Below, in pieces: positions 30,039 through 39,455 of a DNA stretch of 64,000 nt. The position numbers and the translations under genes are program-made. Position 1 is the stretch's first letter; every line of letters begins with the position of its first letter. The stretch is from the NCBI GenBank assembly GCA_964404855.1, contig CAYOLO010000001.1:158245-222244 (forward strand). Direction: 5' to 3'. The DNA comes from an uncultured Gammaproteobacteria bacterium. GTDB taxonomy: Bacteria > Patescibacteriota > Microgenomatia > CAYQLK01. The notes below the pieces were generated by a model that saw nothing but the letters and a program-made list of their open reading frames with translations, did no database searches and had not been told where the DNA came from.

Positions 30039-31535
30039 AGTTTTACATTCAGCGAAATTGAAAGATGTTGCCTCGGCGCAAAGCGCCTCGGCATGGTATT
30101 TTTCCGCTATTTTGAAGGCATTTTTGAAATCCAAAACCAAAGTGCGGTCGGCAATGCGGAAGTTCGAACCAATCTTTTTGAGAAAATCCCGAATCCTTTC
30201 GGGATTTTCTTGTTGAGCGTATTTTTCGGCTTGGTTGGCGTCTTTTAGAAAGGCAATGGCAAGTTCGAACCGATTATTGCTCTTTCGCCCAAAAGCATGG
30301 ATTTTTTCTTCCAAATCTTTTTTAGCGAGAATGAGCTTGTACTTTTTAGCGGTATATTCCGCTTGCGACAAATTGCCGTCCAGTTGTAAATCAAGCAAGC
30401 GATCAAGTTTTGTTTCTATCTCTACAAGCTCATTTCTCGCTTTTTGGGCGAAAGAGCTTTCCGCTTGGGCAATTTTAATTTTTTCGTTTTCGAAAAAATT
30501 GATTGATGCGTTTGCCCAAGCGGAAGACAAAGAAACTTTTTTGATTTCTTCTTTTATTTGAAAAGTGATGGCGTCCTCTCTCGCATACCTTTGCGAACAA
30601 GGATTTTTCCGTTTGGTACATCGCAAATAATTATGCCCTTTTTGCGTTTCGGTGGTAATGAAACAGCCACACTCTCCGCAACGGAAAAATCCTCTATACA
30701 CATAAGGTTTGAGTTTTGGCGATTTCGGTTTGCTTTTGTTCGCCATCACTTCTTGGCATAAATCAAAAAGTTTCTTTGTGATAATCGGTTCGTGCTTTCC
30801 GTCATACAATTCGCCGTTGTACTCAATCATTCCATAATAGATTTTGTTTTTCAGCATATACTGATAATTTGAGACGGAAAGCATTTTGCCTTTCTTGCCA
30901 ACCAAGCCCAAGGAATTGATAATCTTTCGGATTTGAGCGAGGGGGTATTCGCCAGTTGCGTACATTTCAAAAGCCCGCTTGATATATTTTGCTTTTTCTT
31001 TGTCCACGGCAATACAGCGGGCGTTTTTGTCGTTTATATAGCCCAATGGCGCCCAAGCGGGCCATATTCCATTTCGCAATTTCTGGCGAATACCCCTCTT
31101 TATATTTTCCGAAAGATTATCCACATAATATTTTGATTGCCCAAAAGCAATGGACAACATAAATTTTCCCTGCGGTGTCGGATCAAACCAAAAAGTTGGA
31201 AATTTTAGCGTGGTAATTTTTCCAGTATCCACCAAGTAAATTATTCGTCCGCCGTCTATGGAATTACGAGCAAGGCGGTCAGGGTGCCACGCTAAAATTC
31301 CTTCGGCTTCATTTTTCTCTATGCTTGCCACCATTTCGTTAAAAATCTCTCTGCCCGGCTCTTTGGCGGTTTTGCTTTCCACAAATTCACTGACGATATT
31401 TAATCCTTCCTTTTTGGCATATTCTCGCAATTCAAACATTTGTGCCTCAATACTCAAAACCTGCCTTTCGGGTTCGTCCGTGGATTTACGGGCATAGAGA
31501 AAAATCTTTTTGGTTTGTAAATTTATGTTGTCCAT
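30000..31535 (-). CDS. Large serine recombinase (integrase)
   Basis: YARKS catalytic motif, DRLAR, recombinase domain, Zn ribbon CGECG...C...C, coiled coil; last codons are antisense to tRNA-Ser. Confidence 0.93.
   Translation of the reverse strand: MDNINLQTKKIFLYARKSTDEPERQVLSIEAQMFELREYAKKEGLNIVSEFVESKTAKEPGREIFNEMVASIEKNEAEGILAWHPDRLARNSIDGGRIIYLVDTGKITTLKFPTFWFDPTPQGKFMLSIAFGQSKYYVDNLSENIKRGIRQKLRNGIWPAWAPLGYINDKNARCIAVDKEKAKYIKRAFEMYATGEYPLAQIRKIINSLGLVGKKGKMLSVSNYQYMLKNKIYYGMIEYNGELYDGKHEPIITKKLFDLCQEVMANKSKPKSPKLKPYVYRGFFRCGECGCFITTETQKGHNYLRCTKRKNPCSQRYAREDAITFQIKEEIKKVSLSSAWANASINFFENEKIKIAQAESSFAQKARNELVEIETKLDRLLDLQLDGNLSQAEYTAKKYKLILAKKDLEEKIHAFGRKSNNRFELAIAFLKDANQAEKYAQQENPERIRDFLKKIGSNFRIADRTLVLDFKNAFKIAEKYHAEALCAEATSFNFAECKTWRRGRDSNSRRA
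30033..30166 (+). repeat. Inverted repeat IR1, left copy (recombinase 3' end), 134 bp
   Basis: Reverse complement of 31650-31783; no mismatch seen by eye. Confidence 0.92.
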
Positions 31536-31649
31536 ATTGTTTTGAAATTAGTTTTTGGGCAATCAAAGAAAAATACGCTCAACCTTTCGCCAAAGGCGAA
31601 AGAAAAAAGATTGGTTCGCAAAATTTCATTTTGCCAGAGCTTCGCTCTG

Positions 31650-31783
31650 CGAACTTCCGCATTGCCGACCGCACTTTGGTTTTGGATTTCAAAAATGCCT
31701 TCAAAATAGCGGAAAAATACCATGCCGAGGCGCTTTGCGCCGAGGCAACATCTTTCAATTTCGCTGAATGTAAAACTTGGCGG
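31650..31783 (-). repeat. Inverted repeat IR1, right copy, 134 bp
   Basis: Encodes the same peptide NFRIADRTLVLDFK...AECKTWR on the opposite strand. Confidence 0.92.
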
Positions 31784-32089
31784 TGTTTTTTGGACGAAGT
31801 TCGAACATTTTTTGAGCAAAACCCCCAATAAGGAAGCCAGCCCCGCCGTCGCTCGGAAACCTCGCCACCCCGCAAAAAAGTTTTCTTCACATTTTTTGAT
31901 TTGCGCGCGCCGGATTTTTTCTTCTAAAAGGAAAAGAAAACTTTTTTGCGGGGTTCTGCTCTTAACGAGCAGGACGGCGGAGCTGTCCGCTTTTTGTATT
32001 CGCTCGGGCGTGGCGGAATTCCCCCCAAACCCCCCTTCCGCCACGCCCTCGCGGGGACGATTCTTTTTTTCGGCGGAATTTGAGGCTGT
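31778..32089 (+). repeat. Inverted repeat IR2, left copy, 312 bp, GC- and hairpin-rich
   Basis: Reverse complement of 37674-37985; ORF-track translations of the two copies are identical. Confidence 0.92.
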
Positions 32090-32209
32090 ATTTTGCAAAG
32101 CAAAATGCGCCACCAAAAGGGATGTTGCACTTGACCCACCCAACCCATTCGCGGGCAACGTTAAGGAACTCCCTAAAGATTCATTTACAAAATTGTTTAA
32201 ATTAGTTAT

Positions 32210-32270
32210 CATTATAGTATCAAGAAAGAAACCTTTATATTATATTCTATATACTATAATGTTATATAAT
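32210..32270. promoter_or_regulatory. Symmetric divergent promoter/operator
   Basis: CATTATAGTAT (32210-32220) and ATACTATAATG (32251-32261) form an 11-bp inverted repeat, each half holding an outward TATAAT. Confidence 0.55.
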
Positions 32271-32280
32271 TAGAAAAGAT

Positions 32281-32484
32281 ATGTCAAATAATAAAATTGC
32301 TGAAAACTTAAAGAAACTACGGGCTAAAAAAGGGCTTTCCCTTGAGAAAATAGCTCGCCTTGCCGATTTATCCCTTAACACTATTGTTAAGGTTGAAAAC
32401 GGAGTAAATACAAACCCAACAATTGAAACACTAACTAAGATCGCCAAGGCGCTTGAGGTTGGCGTTGATGATTTAATAAAGTAA
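32281..32484 (+). CDS. XRE-family HTH regulator (R-M controller-like)
   Basis: LKKLRAKKGLSLEKIA..ADLS..TI.KVENG..NPTI.TL.KIAKAL. Confidence 0.9.
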   Translation: MSNNKIAENLKKLRAKKGLSLEKIARLADLSLNTIVKVENGVNTNPTIETLTKIAKALEVGVDDLIK

Positions 32485-32486
32485 TT

Positions 32487-33269
32487 ATGCCAATTTTTAA
32501 TGATTTAAATTTAGATAGTTGGAAAGAATCAGAAATTTTAACTGATAGCCTTTGGATTATTCCCGAAAGAGATAAAACAGGAAAACATAATGGCTTTTAT
32601 CACGGCAATTTTATTCCGCAAATTCCACACCAGTTGATTTTGAGATATACAAAGAAAAATGAAATTGTTTTTGATCCATTTTTAGGAAGTGGGACAACCG
32701 CCTATGAAGCGGAAAGTCTAAACAGAAATTTTATCGGCGTAGATATCCAAAAAAAGCTTGTTGATTATGTCGGTAAAAATATTGAGCCAAAAAATAATTT
32801 CTCTGATTTGATTGTTGGCGATAGCACAAAAATTGAAACTTTTGAAAAAGTAAAAGAAGTTTTAAAAAATCACAAAAAGAAAAATATTCAATTGGCAATT
32901 TTGCACCCGCCATATGCCGACATAATTAAATTTAGTGATTTAAAAGATGATTTATCAAATGCCAAATCTCTAAAAGAATTTTTAGGGAAATTTGCAGAGG
33001 TTTTAAAAAATACAATTGATATTTTAGAAAATGGTAGATATTTAGCAATTGTCATCGGCGATAAATACACAGCTGGCAAATGGATACCTTTGGGATTTTA
33101 TTGTATGAATGAAGCGCAAAAATTAGGATTGACACTAAAAAGTATTATAATTAAGAATATGGCGGGCAATCGCGCCAAACAAAACAAAGAAAGGATTTGG
33201 CGATACAGGGCGCTTTCAAGCGATTATTATATTTTTAAACACGAATATATTTTAATTTTCAAAAAATAA
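32487..33269 (+). CDS. Amino (N4-C/N6-A) DNA methyltransferase
   Basis: HGNFIPQIP, DPFLGSGTT (motif I), HPPY (motif IV). Confidence 0.85.
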   Translation: MPIFNDLNLDSWKESEILTDSLWIIPERDKTGKHNGFYHGNFIPQIPHQLILRYTKKNEIVFDPFLGSGTTAYEAESLNRNFIGVDIQKKLVDYVGKNIEPKNNFSDLIVGDSTKIETFEKVKEVLKNHKKKNIQLAILHPPYADIIKFSDLKDDLSNAKSLKEFLGKFAEVLKNTIDILENGRYLAIVIGDKYTAGKWIPLGFYCMNEAQKLGLTLKSIIIKNMAGNRAKQNKERIWRYRALSSDYYIFKHEYILIFKK

Positions 33270-33271
33270 TT

Positions 33272-34171
33272 ATGGAATACATAAAATCAAAATTATCAGA
33301 CGATTTAGCGCGAAAAATTATCGGTAGTCAAGAAAAAGCAACCGAGTATTTGTTGCGATTAAACGAGATTAAGCCAATACATGCCTTAAAATTCAAAACC
33401 ATTAGCCGTGGACAAAATGCGGGTAAAAAAGTTTTAGTTTTAGAAACAAAGGAACTTTGGAAAGCCGTTGTTGATAGCTGGGATTATGAGGAAAGCAAAA
33501 AGATAATCAGAGATATTTTCAAACAGACCGAAAAATACAAAAGCGGAAAAGAAGCTGACAATGCAATGGATGTGCTTATCAAAGAATGGCAATCGTTGAA
33601 ATTGGGCGATATTGCATGGCCATTTTCGCAGGGCGCTTTTGACGAGTTTGTGCAACGAGTAAATTCTGAAAAAGAAAACGGATTTGTTAAAGATGAAAAA
33701 GTGAAAGTCGCTGCGGTAAAATATAGGCGAATAAAAGAAATAAACACTGTTAGGAATGATTTTATAGAAACATTGATTTTTGAAAAAAATAACAATATTT
33801 TGCCGACATTAAATCATAGACGAGGTGTTGATTTTTTTATCAATGGAGTTTCTTTTGATCAAAAAGTCGCAAAAAGTCCGACAAATGAATTTAAAAGGCA
33901 CTTTAAAGATGAGTGGCGAGAAGTGGCAATCAAAAAACCTGAACTTGTCGCAGAATATCTCTACAAATTCCAAGACGAAGGCAGATTTGGGGCAGACCCG
34001 AGATTATTGGTTGTTTATATTGATGAAGATGTTTCAATTGATAAAATAAGAGAGATAATAAACAAAACCGACTTAAATAATCCGGTTGAAATCAATTTCA
34101 CTTACAAACATAAAAATCTTGGTGAGAAAAATTATAAAGTGCCTTGTTTTGTAATCTTATTGCATAACTAA
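33272..34171 (+). CDS. Putative type II restriction endonuclease
   Basis: Between two MTases; PD-(D/E)xK-like GVDFF...FDQK. Confidence 0.6.
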   Translation: MEYIKSKLSDDLARKIIGSQEKATEYLLRLNEIKPIHALKFKTISRGQNAGKKVLVLETKELWKAVVDSWDYEESKKIIRDIFKQTEKYKSGKEADNAMDVLIKEWQSLKLGDIAWPFSQGAFDEFVQRVNSEKENGFVKDEKVKVAAVKYRRIKEINTVRNDFIETLIFEKNNNILPTLNHRRGVDFFINGVSFDQKVAKSPTNEFKRHFKDEWREVAIKKPELVAEYLYKFQDEGRFGADPRLLVVYIDEDVSIDKIREIINKTDLNNPVEINFTYKHKNLGEKNYKVPCFVILLHN

Positions 34172-34175
34172 AATT

Positions 34176-35249
34176 ATGAATTATATCGGCAGTAAATTAT
34201 CATTATTGGAATTTTTAGAAGAATCAATTAATAAAGTAGTTGATAAAAACTGCGATACTTTTTGTGATTTATTTGCGGGAACTGGAATTGTTGGAAGTTA
34301 TTTTAAAAGAAAGGGTTATAAAATAATCGCTAATGATATTCAATATTACAGCTATGTTTTAAATAGGCACTATATAGGAAATCACAAAGAATTAAATTTT
34401 GCAAAACTAACAAAAGAAATCCCCAATTTAAAAAGTATTGATGTAAAAAATAGGAAAAATTTTGTTTGCAATTATTTATCAGATTTAAAAGGTGTAAAAG
34501 GATTTATTTATAAAAATTATTGTCTTGGAGGATCAAAAGATCAGACAGAACCACGACAATATTTTTCCGATGAAAACGGAATGCGTTGCGATGCTATCCG
34601 TCAAAAAATTGAAAACTGGAAAGAGCAAAGTTTAATTTCTAATGACGAATATTATTTTTTGATTACAAGTTTAGTTGAGTCAATTGATAAATACGCAAAT
34701 ACGGCTTCCGTATATGGTGCTTTTCTGAAAAAACTAAAAAAGACAGCTCAAAATAATTTAATTTTAAAACCCGCTGAATTGATAATAAACGACCAAGACC
34801 ACGAAGTTTTTAACGAAGATATAAATAAAGTAGCAGGAAAAATTAAAGGCGATATTTTGTATTTAGATCCACCATATAATCAAAGACAATACGCGACAAA
34901 TTATCATATGCTTGAAACTATCGCAAAATATGATAATCCTGAAATTCATGGAAAAACTGGTTTGCGCGAATATCAAAATCAAAAGTCCCTTTATTGTTCA
35001 AGGACACAAGTAAAAAAAGCATTTAAGGATTTGATTTTGAAAGCAAAAGCAAAATATATCTTTTTAAGCTATAACAACGAGGGTTTAATGACTTTAGGCG
35101 ATATTCAAGAAATAATGAGCTTACGGGGCAAATACGGTAATTTTACGAAAGAATATAATCGTTTTAAGGCGGATAAGTCAGAAAACAGAAACTATACTGC
35201 GAATAAAACTGTTGAGTATTTGCATTATGTAGTTTGTGAAAAAGCATAA
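34176..35249 (+). CDS. D12-class N6-adenine DNA methyltransferase
   Basis: MNYIGSK, DLFAGTG, YLDPPYN, LSYNNEG. Confidence 0.9.
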   Translation: MNYIGSKLSLLEFLEESINKVVDKNCDTFCDLFAGTGIVGSYFKRKGYKIIANDIQYYSYVLNRHYIGNHKELNFAKLTKEIPNLKSIDVKNRKNFVCNYLSDLKGVKGFIYKNYCLGGSKDQTEPRQYFSDENGMRCDAIRQKIENWKEQSLISNDEYYFLITSLVESIDKYANTASVYGAFLKKLKKTAQNNLILKPAELIINDQDHEVFNEDINKVAGKIKGDILYLDPPYNQRQYATNYHMLETIAKYDNPEIHGKTGLREYQNQKSLYCSRTQVKKAFKDLILKAKAKYIFLSYNNEGLMTLGDIQEIMSLRGKYGNFTKEYNRFKADKSENRNYTANKTVEYLHYVVCEKA

Positions 35250-35266
35250 ACTATAAGCTATGAAAT

Positions 35267-37642
35267 ATGAAAATCCGAAAAATACAAACTATAAAAAATT
35301 ACAAATCCTTTTCGGATTTTTCTTGGGATAAATTTTGTAAAAATTGTTCCAATAACGAACAAACACTCTCTAATTACAATGTAATCTTTGGAGAAAATGG
35401 CTCTGGGAAGTCATCAATTTGTGATATTCTGAAAAATCTTTCGCAAATTCAAAATTTTCCAAACACTTCACCCGATCTCGCGGAAATAGAAATAAAAAAT
35501 GGAAGTAATCAAGTTTATAAATTTGAAAATGGAAGTTGGACACCAAACCAGTTAAATAAAAATTCCTTTTTATTTTTTGATGTCGATTTTATTAGTGCCA
35601 ATGTTCACACGCATGGCGAACGGTCAAATCAACAAGGCAGACATTCACAAAATTCAGGGAAAATGATTATTGATTTAGACGATAAGGCAAATCAGCTAAA
35701 AATCGTTGTAAAAGAAAAGAAAGAGGAATCGGATAATTTTGACAAAATTAATGCCGATATTTTAAACAAAAATTTTACCGATAAAGACAAAGAGCTTTCC
35801 GCTATTTACAAAGATAAAAGCGAACAAGAAATAAAGGATGAAATTTCAAAAAAACAGGAAGAAGCCAAAAAAATTGAGTTGGATTTATCAGCATTACAAA
35901 AGATAAACAAAAAATATTCGGAAATAAGTCAGTTACCCATTATCAATCAGCTTTCTTTCTCTTCTTCAATATCCACAAAAGAAATCTACTCGGAATTAGT
36001 TTTGAGACAGTTAAAGGAAAAAGCGCAAGATCAGGCGGACGAAAAAATAAAAGCACATTTTGAAAAACACAAAAGATTTATTGAGACAGCCAAGGATCAA
36101 ATACCGAAGGATTATCAAAAATCCGATTGTCCGTTGTGTATGCAACCCCTCGCTAATGCTTCAAAATTTATTGAATATTATAGGATTGCTTTTGATCAAA
36201 CATATGAAAACGAGAAAAGAAAATTTTTAACGGACATACAGAATTTAAAAAGTGAATTGGAAACCTTAAAATCCTCAATAAGTCTTTTACCGACAAAAGT
36301 GCTTGGAATTTTTAATTCTTTAGAAAAAATCAAAACTGATTTTGAAATTCAGGATATTTATAAACTCGAAGAAAAAACGGAATATACCGAAAAATTTAGT
36401 AAAATTTCTATCGCTCAAATAGACGAGCTTATTTTGAATTTAGAAGCGCTGAAAAGTATTGAGCGAAAAGAAATAAAACTTTCAGAAACTTATGACAAAA
36501 TAACAGACGGAGTGAAAGAAATAGCAAGTAAAATTAATGATTTTAATAAAATAATTGACGACAAAAACAAGGTCATTTCTGCGTTCAAGGGTAAATATTC
36601 TGATCAAAATAAAATTACTAACGAAATTCAGGAAAAAACTAAAAATCAAGCAGAGCTTCAAGAAACAACCCAGTTTTTAATAAATGACAAAATTCAGTCA
36701 ATCAAAAATCAAAACGCGGCGGTTCTAAAACAAAAAGCTTTGGCTGAAGTATTGAAAAAAGCTCAAGAAGATTTGAAAAATCATCTCGCCAATAGCATAC
36801 CAGAAAGCGTTATTATAAAAATGATTGATATTTTAGGAAAGTTTAATTTAAGTTTTACGCTTGAACATATCAAACCAGCACCAAACACGAAGGACTATTC
36901 TTTTTCATTTAAAATTAAAGATCAAAAAGGGCATGAGAGAGATTTTAAAGATGGGCTTTCAGAGGGCGAGCGACAGTTGATTTCCTTGGCTTTTTTCTTT
37001 TCTATCAATGAAAGTTTGTTGGACAAATCAAATATAGTTTTGATTTTTGATGACCCAATAACCAGTTTAGATTCGCCAAATTTGAAAATACTTGCCGACT
37101 TGATTCACGAAAAAACACAGGAATTTTCGCAAGTAATTATTTTTACTCATCACCCTTTATTTTATAAATATGTGGCTAAATGCGAAAATCCTAATCCGTG
37201 CAAATTTGGCGTTTTGAAAAATCATGACGCTTTTGGTGGTAGTTTTATTTTCTTTGATCCCGGATTTGATTTAACGGCAGAAATGCAAAAGTGCAATGAG
37301 GAAATAAAACAGAACGCACAAAGCGGAAATTTAAAACCCGAAGAAATTGCCTTGAAATACGGACAACTTTTGCGTCTTGCCGTTGAAAAATTTATCAAGC
37401 ACGAATTATTGATGTGGAATAAAGAAAGTAATTTTGAAAAAGAAATAATAGCAAATTTATCAAAAAGCAAAAGTAAAATTCAAAAACTAGATGACAGTGA
37501 TTTGGAAATAATGACAAACATTCATAAATACTGCAATCATTCAAACCTTTTACATGCGGATAAAGAAAATCCGTCGGCACTTTCGGAACTGATGACACAT
37601 ATTGATAAATTTGTTATTATTCAAGATAAGGTAAATCTGTAA
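35267..37642 (+). CDS. RloC-like (AAA_13) ABC ATPase with zinc hook and possible C-terminal HEPN-like domain
   Basis: GENGSGKS, coiled coil with CPLC hook, LSEGE, FDDPITSLD, FTHH, C-terminal NHSNLLH. Confidence 0.75.
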   Translation: MKIRKIQTIKNYKSFSDFSWDKFCKNCSNNEQTLSNYNVIFGENGSGKSSICDILKNLSQIQNFPNTSPDLAEIEIKNGSNQVYKFENGSWTPNQLNKNSFLFFDVDFISANVHTHGERSNQQGRHSQNSGKMIIDLDDKANQLKIVVKEKKEESDNFDKINADILNKNFTDKDKELSAIYKDKSEQEIKDEISKKQEEAKKIELDLSALQKINKKYSEISQLPIINQLSFSSSISTKEIYSELVLRQLKEKAQDQADEKIKAHFEKHKRFIETAKDQIPKDYQKSDCPLCMQPLANASKFIEYYRIAFDQTYENEKRKFLTDIQNLKSELETLKSSISLLPTKVLGIFNSLEKIKTDFEIQDIYKLEEKTEYTEKFSKISIAQIDELILNLEALKSIERKEIKLSETYDKITDGVKEIASKINDFNKIIDDKNKVISAFKGKYSDQNKITNEIQEKTKNQAELQETTQFLINDKIQSIKNQNAAVLKQKALAEVLKKAQEDLKNHLANSIPESVIIKMIDILGKFNLSFTLEHIKPAPNTKDYSFSFKIKDQKGHERDFKDGLSEGERQLISLAFFFSINESLLDKSNIVLIFDDPITSLDSPNLKILADLIHEKTQEFSQVIIFTHHPLFYKYVAKCENPNPCKFGVLKNHDAFGGSFIFFDPGFDLTAEMQKCNEEIKQNAQSGNLKPEEIALKYGQLLRLAVEKFIKHELLMWNKESNFEKEIIANLSKSKSKIQKLDDSDLEIMTNIHKYCNHSNLLHADKENPSALSELMTHIDKFVIIQDKVNL

Positions 37643-37673
37643 ATTTTTGGTGGCGCGCCAGTTTTCAACTGGC

Positions 37674-37985
37674 ACAGCCTCAAATTCCGCCGAAAAAAAG
37701 AATCGTCCCCGCGAGGGCGTGGCGGAAGGGGGGTTTGGGGGGAATTCCGCCACGCCCGAGCGAATACAAAAAGCGGACAGCTCCGCCGTCCTGCTCGTTA
37801 AGAGCAGAACCCCGCAAAAAAGTTTTCTTTTCCTTTTAGAAGAAAAAATCCGGCGCGCGCAAATCAAAAAATGTGAAGAAAACTTTTTTGCGGGGTGGCG
37901 AGGTTTCCGAGCGACGGCGGGGCTGGCTTCCTTATTGGGGGTTTTGCTCAAAAAATGTTCGAACTTCGTCCAAAAAACACCGCCA
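37674..37985 (-). repeat. Inverted repeat IR2, right copy; island right end
   Basis: Ends in CACCGCCA, then sequence unrelated to the left copy (GGGTTTTTG). Confidence 0.92.
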
Positions 37986-38096
37986 GGGTTTTTGTTCGGT
38001 GTACAATTAATTTGTTATGTATTTTGGGCAAAAAGTAGTTGGATTTAATCAATTTTCATTTAATAAATTTTTAATAGAGGGGCGGTGAGTAGGTAA

Positions 38097-38519
38097 ATGT
38101 TTGCAACAGAAATAAACTATTTAGCAATGGTTGTAGCAGGTCTTGCGACTTATGCAATTGGAGCGTTGTGGTACTCACCTGTTCTTTTTATGAACGAATG
38201 GATGAAGGTAGCTGGCTTGGATAAAAAGAAAAATGCCAAAGTTGCTCAATCGCAGATGGTTCGAATGTACACTTTAGGGTTAATAGCTAATATGATCGCC
38301 GCTTTTGTTTTGGCAAGACTATTGGTCTGGACTAGAGCAGGGGATGATTTGGTTGGAGCTCTAAAAATCGGCGGTTGGTTGTGGCTCGGTTTTATAGCTG
38401 TTTGGATGATTAACAGCTGGTTGTACGAAAGCAAGCCAATTAAGTATTTTGTAATTAATTCTGGTTATGCCCTAGTAACTGTTCTTGTTGGAGCTGCGAT
38501 TCTTACGCTCTGGAGATAA
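38097..38519 (+). CDS. DUF1761 family membrane protein
   Basis: INYLAMVVA, GALWYSPVLF..W, INSGY. Confidence 0.85.
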   Translation: MFATEINYLAMVVAGLATYAIGALWYSPVLFMNEWMKVAGLDKKKNAKVAQSQMVRMYTLGLIANMIAAFVLARLLVWTRAGDDLVGALKIGGWLWLGFIAVWMINSWLYESKPIKYFVINSGYALVTVLVGAAILTLWR

Positions 38520-38526
38520 GTTAGTT

Positions 38527-38566
38527 AAAAAAAGACAGGCAATGTTTTTGGTCAGCCTGTCTTTTT
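38527..38566. terminator. Bidirectional terminator
   Basis: AAAAAGACAGGC...GCCTGTCTTTTT between convergent genes. Confidence 0.6.
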
Positions 38567-39214
38567 GGTGTTTTGGCTAGTTTTTTGGACAATGAACCAG
38601 AGCCAGTTATTATTGTTGGTTTCGGAGGAGGTGAAATCGATTACAGAGAAGCCGTTTCTGGTTAAAATTTCAGTAAATTCCTCCTTAGCGTAAAAAGAAA
38701 AAAATCTGCTGAAGGTTTTGTTTTGGTCAGTAACTCTTGATTTTTCGACTTCTTGAACCTGTTCGCCTTTACCTTCTTTGAGGCTGATAAAACCAATCCC
38801 GTTAACTTTTATATATTTGTTTATTTGAGTTAAGGCGAGTTCGATTTTGTTTTTTGGAACATGTAGTAAAACGGCGCTTGCCCAGAACCCATCGAATTCT
38901 GTGCCTCGTGGGAAGCTGAGGTCGTAGACACTAAATGGAAAAAATTTCGAGTTGGGGAGGGATTTTTGACACATTTGAATAAAGGATTTAGTGATATCGG
39001 TGCCTGTGTAATCGTATCCTTCGTTAATTAATCTTTTGGCATCATGACCATTTCCACATCCTATTTCTAAAATGTTACCTTTGGATAAATATTTTTTAAA
39101 AAACTTAATTTCGTCATCCTGAAAAGTCAGATTAGTAGTTGGTTTGTGCCAACTGTCAGCATTCTGTTCGTAGTATTCGACGGTTAGTTTTTCTTTGTTG
39201 GTAAGTTTTTGCAT
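38552..39214 (-). CDS. Class I SAM-dependent methyltransferase
   Basis: ILEIGCGNG, FDGFWASAVLLH. Confidence 0.88.
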   Translation of the reverse strand: MQKLTNKEKLTVEYYEQNADSWHKPTTNLTFQDDEIKFFKKYLSKGNILEIGCGNGHDAKRLINEGYDYTGTDITKSFIQMCQKSLPNSKFFPFSVYDLSFPRGTEFDGFWASAVLLHVPKNKIELALTQINKYIKVNGIGFISLKEGKGEQVQEVEKSRVTDQNKTFSRFFSFYAKEEFTEILTRNGFSVIDFTSSETNNNNWLWFIVQKTSQNTKKTG

Positions 39215-39232
39215 AAAAGTAAATAATAAATC

Positions 39233-39324
39233 TGGCGGAGGGGGAGAGATTCGAACTCTCGGAAAGGAAAAATCCCTTCAGCAGTTTTCGAAACTGCCGC
39301 ACTAGTCCACTATGCGACCCCTCC
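39233..39324 (-). tRNA. tRNA-Ser(CGA)
   Basis: GCAGT-TTCGAAA-ACTGC, long variable arm, GTTCGAATC, GCCA. Confidence 0.95.
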
Positions 39325-39455
39325 ACTGCTCCAAGGACAAACCATTGGTTTTTCCTTGGTATTTCTTTTCCTAAATTGGAAAACTTGTACTGGCAGAGCC
39401 AGACACAAGTCGAATTATAATAGTTTTTATGATTGTTGGTTTTGTCTGGTAATTA

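Larger units (their letters stand above)
30033..37985. mobile_element. Serine-recombinase genomic island in tRNA-Ser(TGA) with defence cargo
   Basis: Direct core CCGCCA at 30033-30038 and 37980-37985; integrase at tRNA end; A-rich cargo differs from GT-skewed flanks. Confidence 0.85.

Noticed and set aside
31442-32273. Several overlapping ORFs (31442-31831, 31523-32212, 31579-31890, 31722-32273)
   Set aside because: They arise from GC-rich palindromic repeat DNA; only the alternative recombinase tail is meaningful
37550-38048. Two 133-aa ORFs on opposite strands
   Set aside because: Translations of the second IR2 copy; no independent coding evidence
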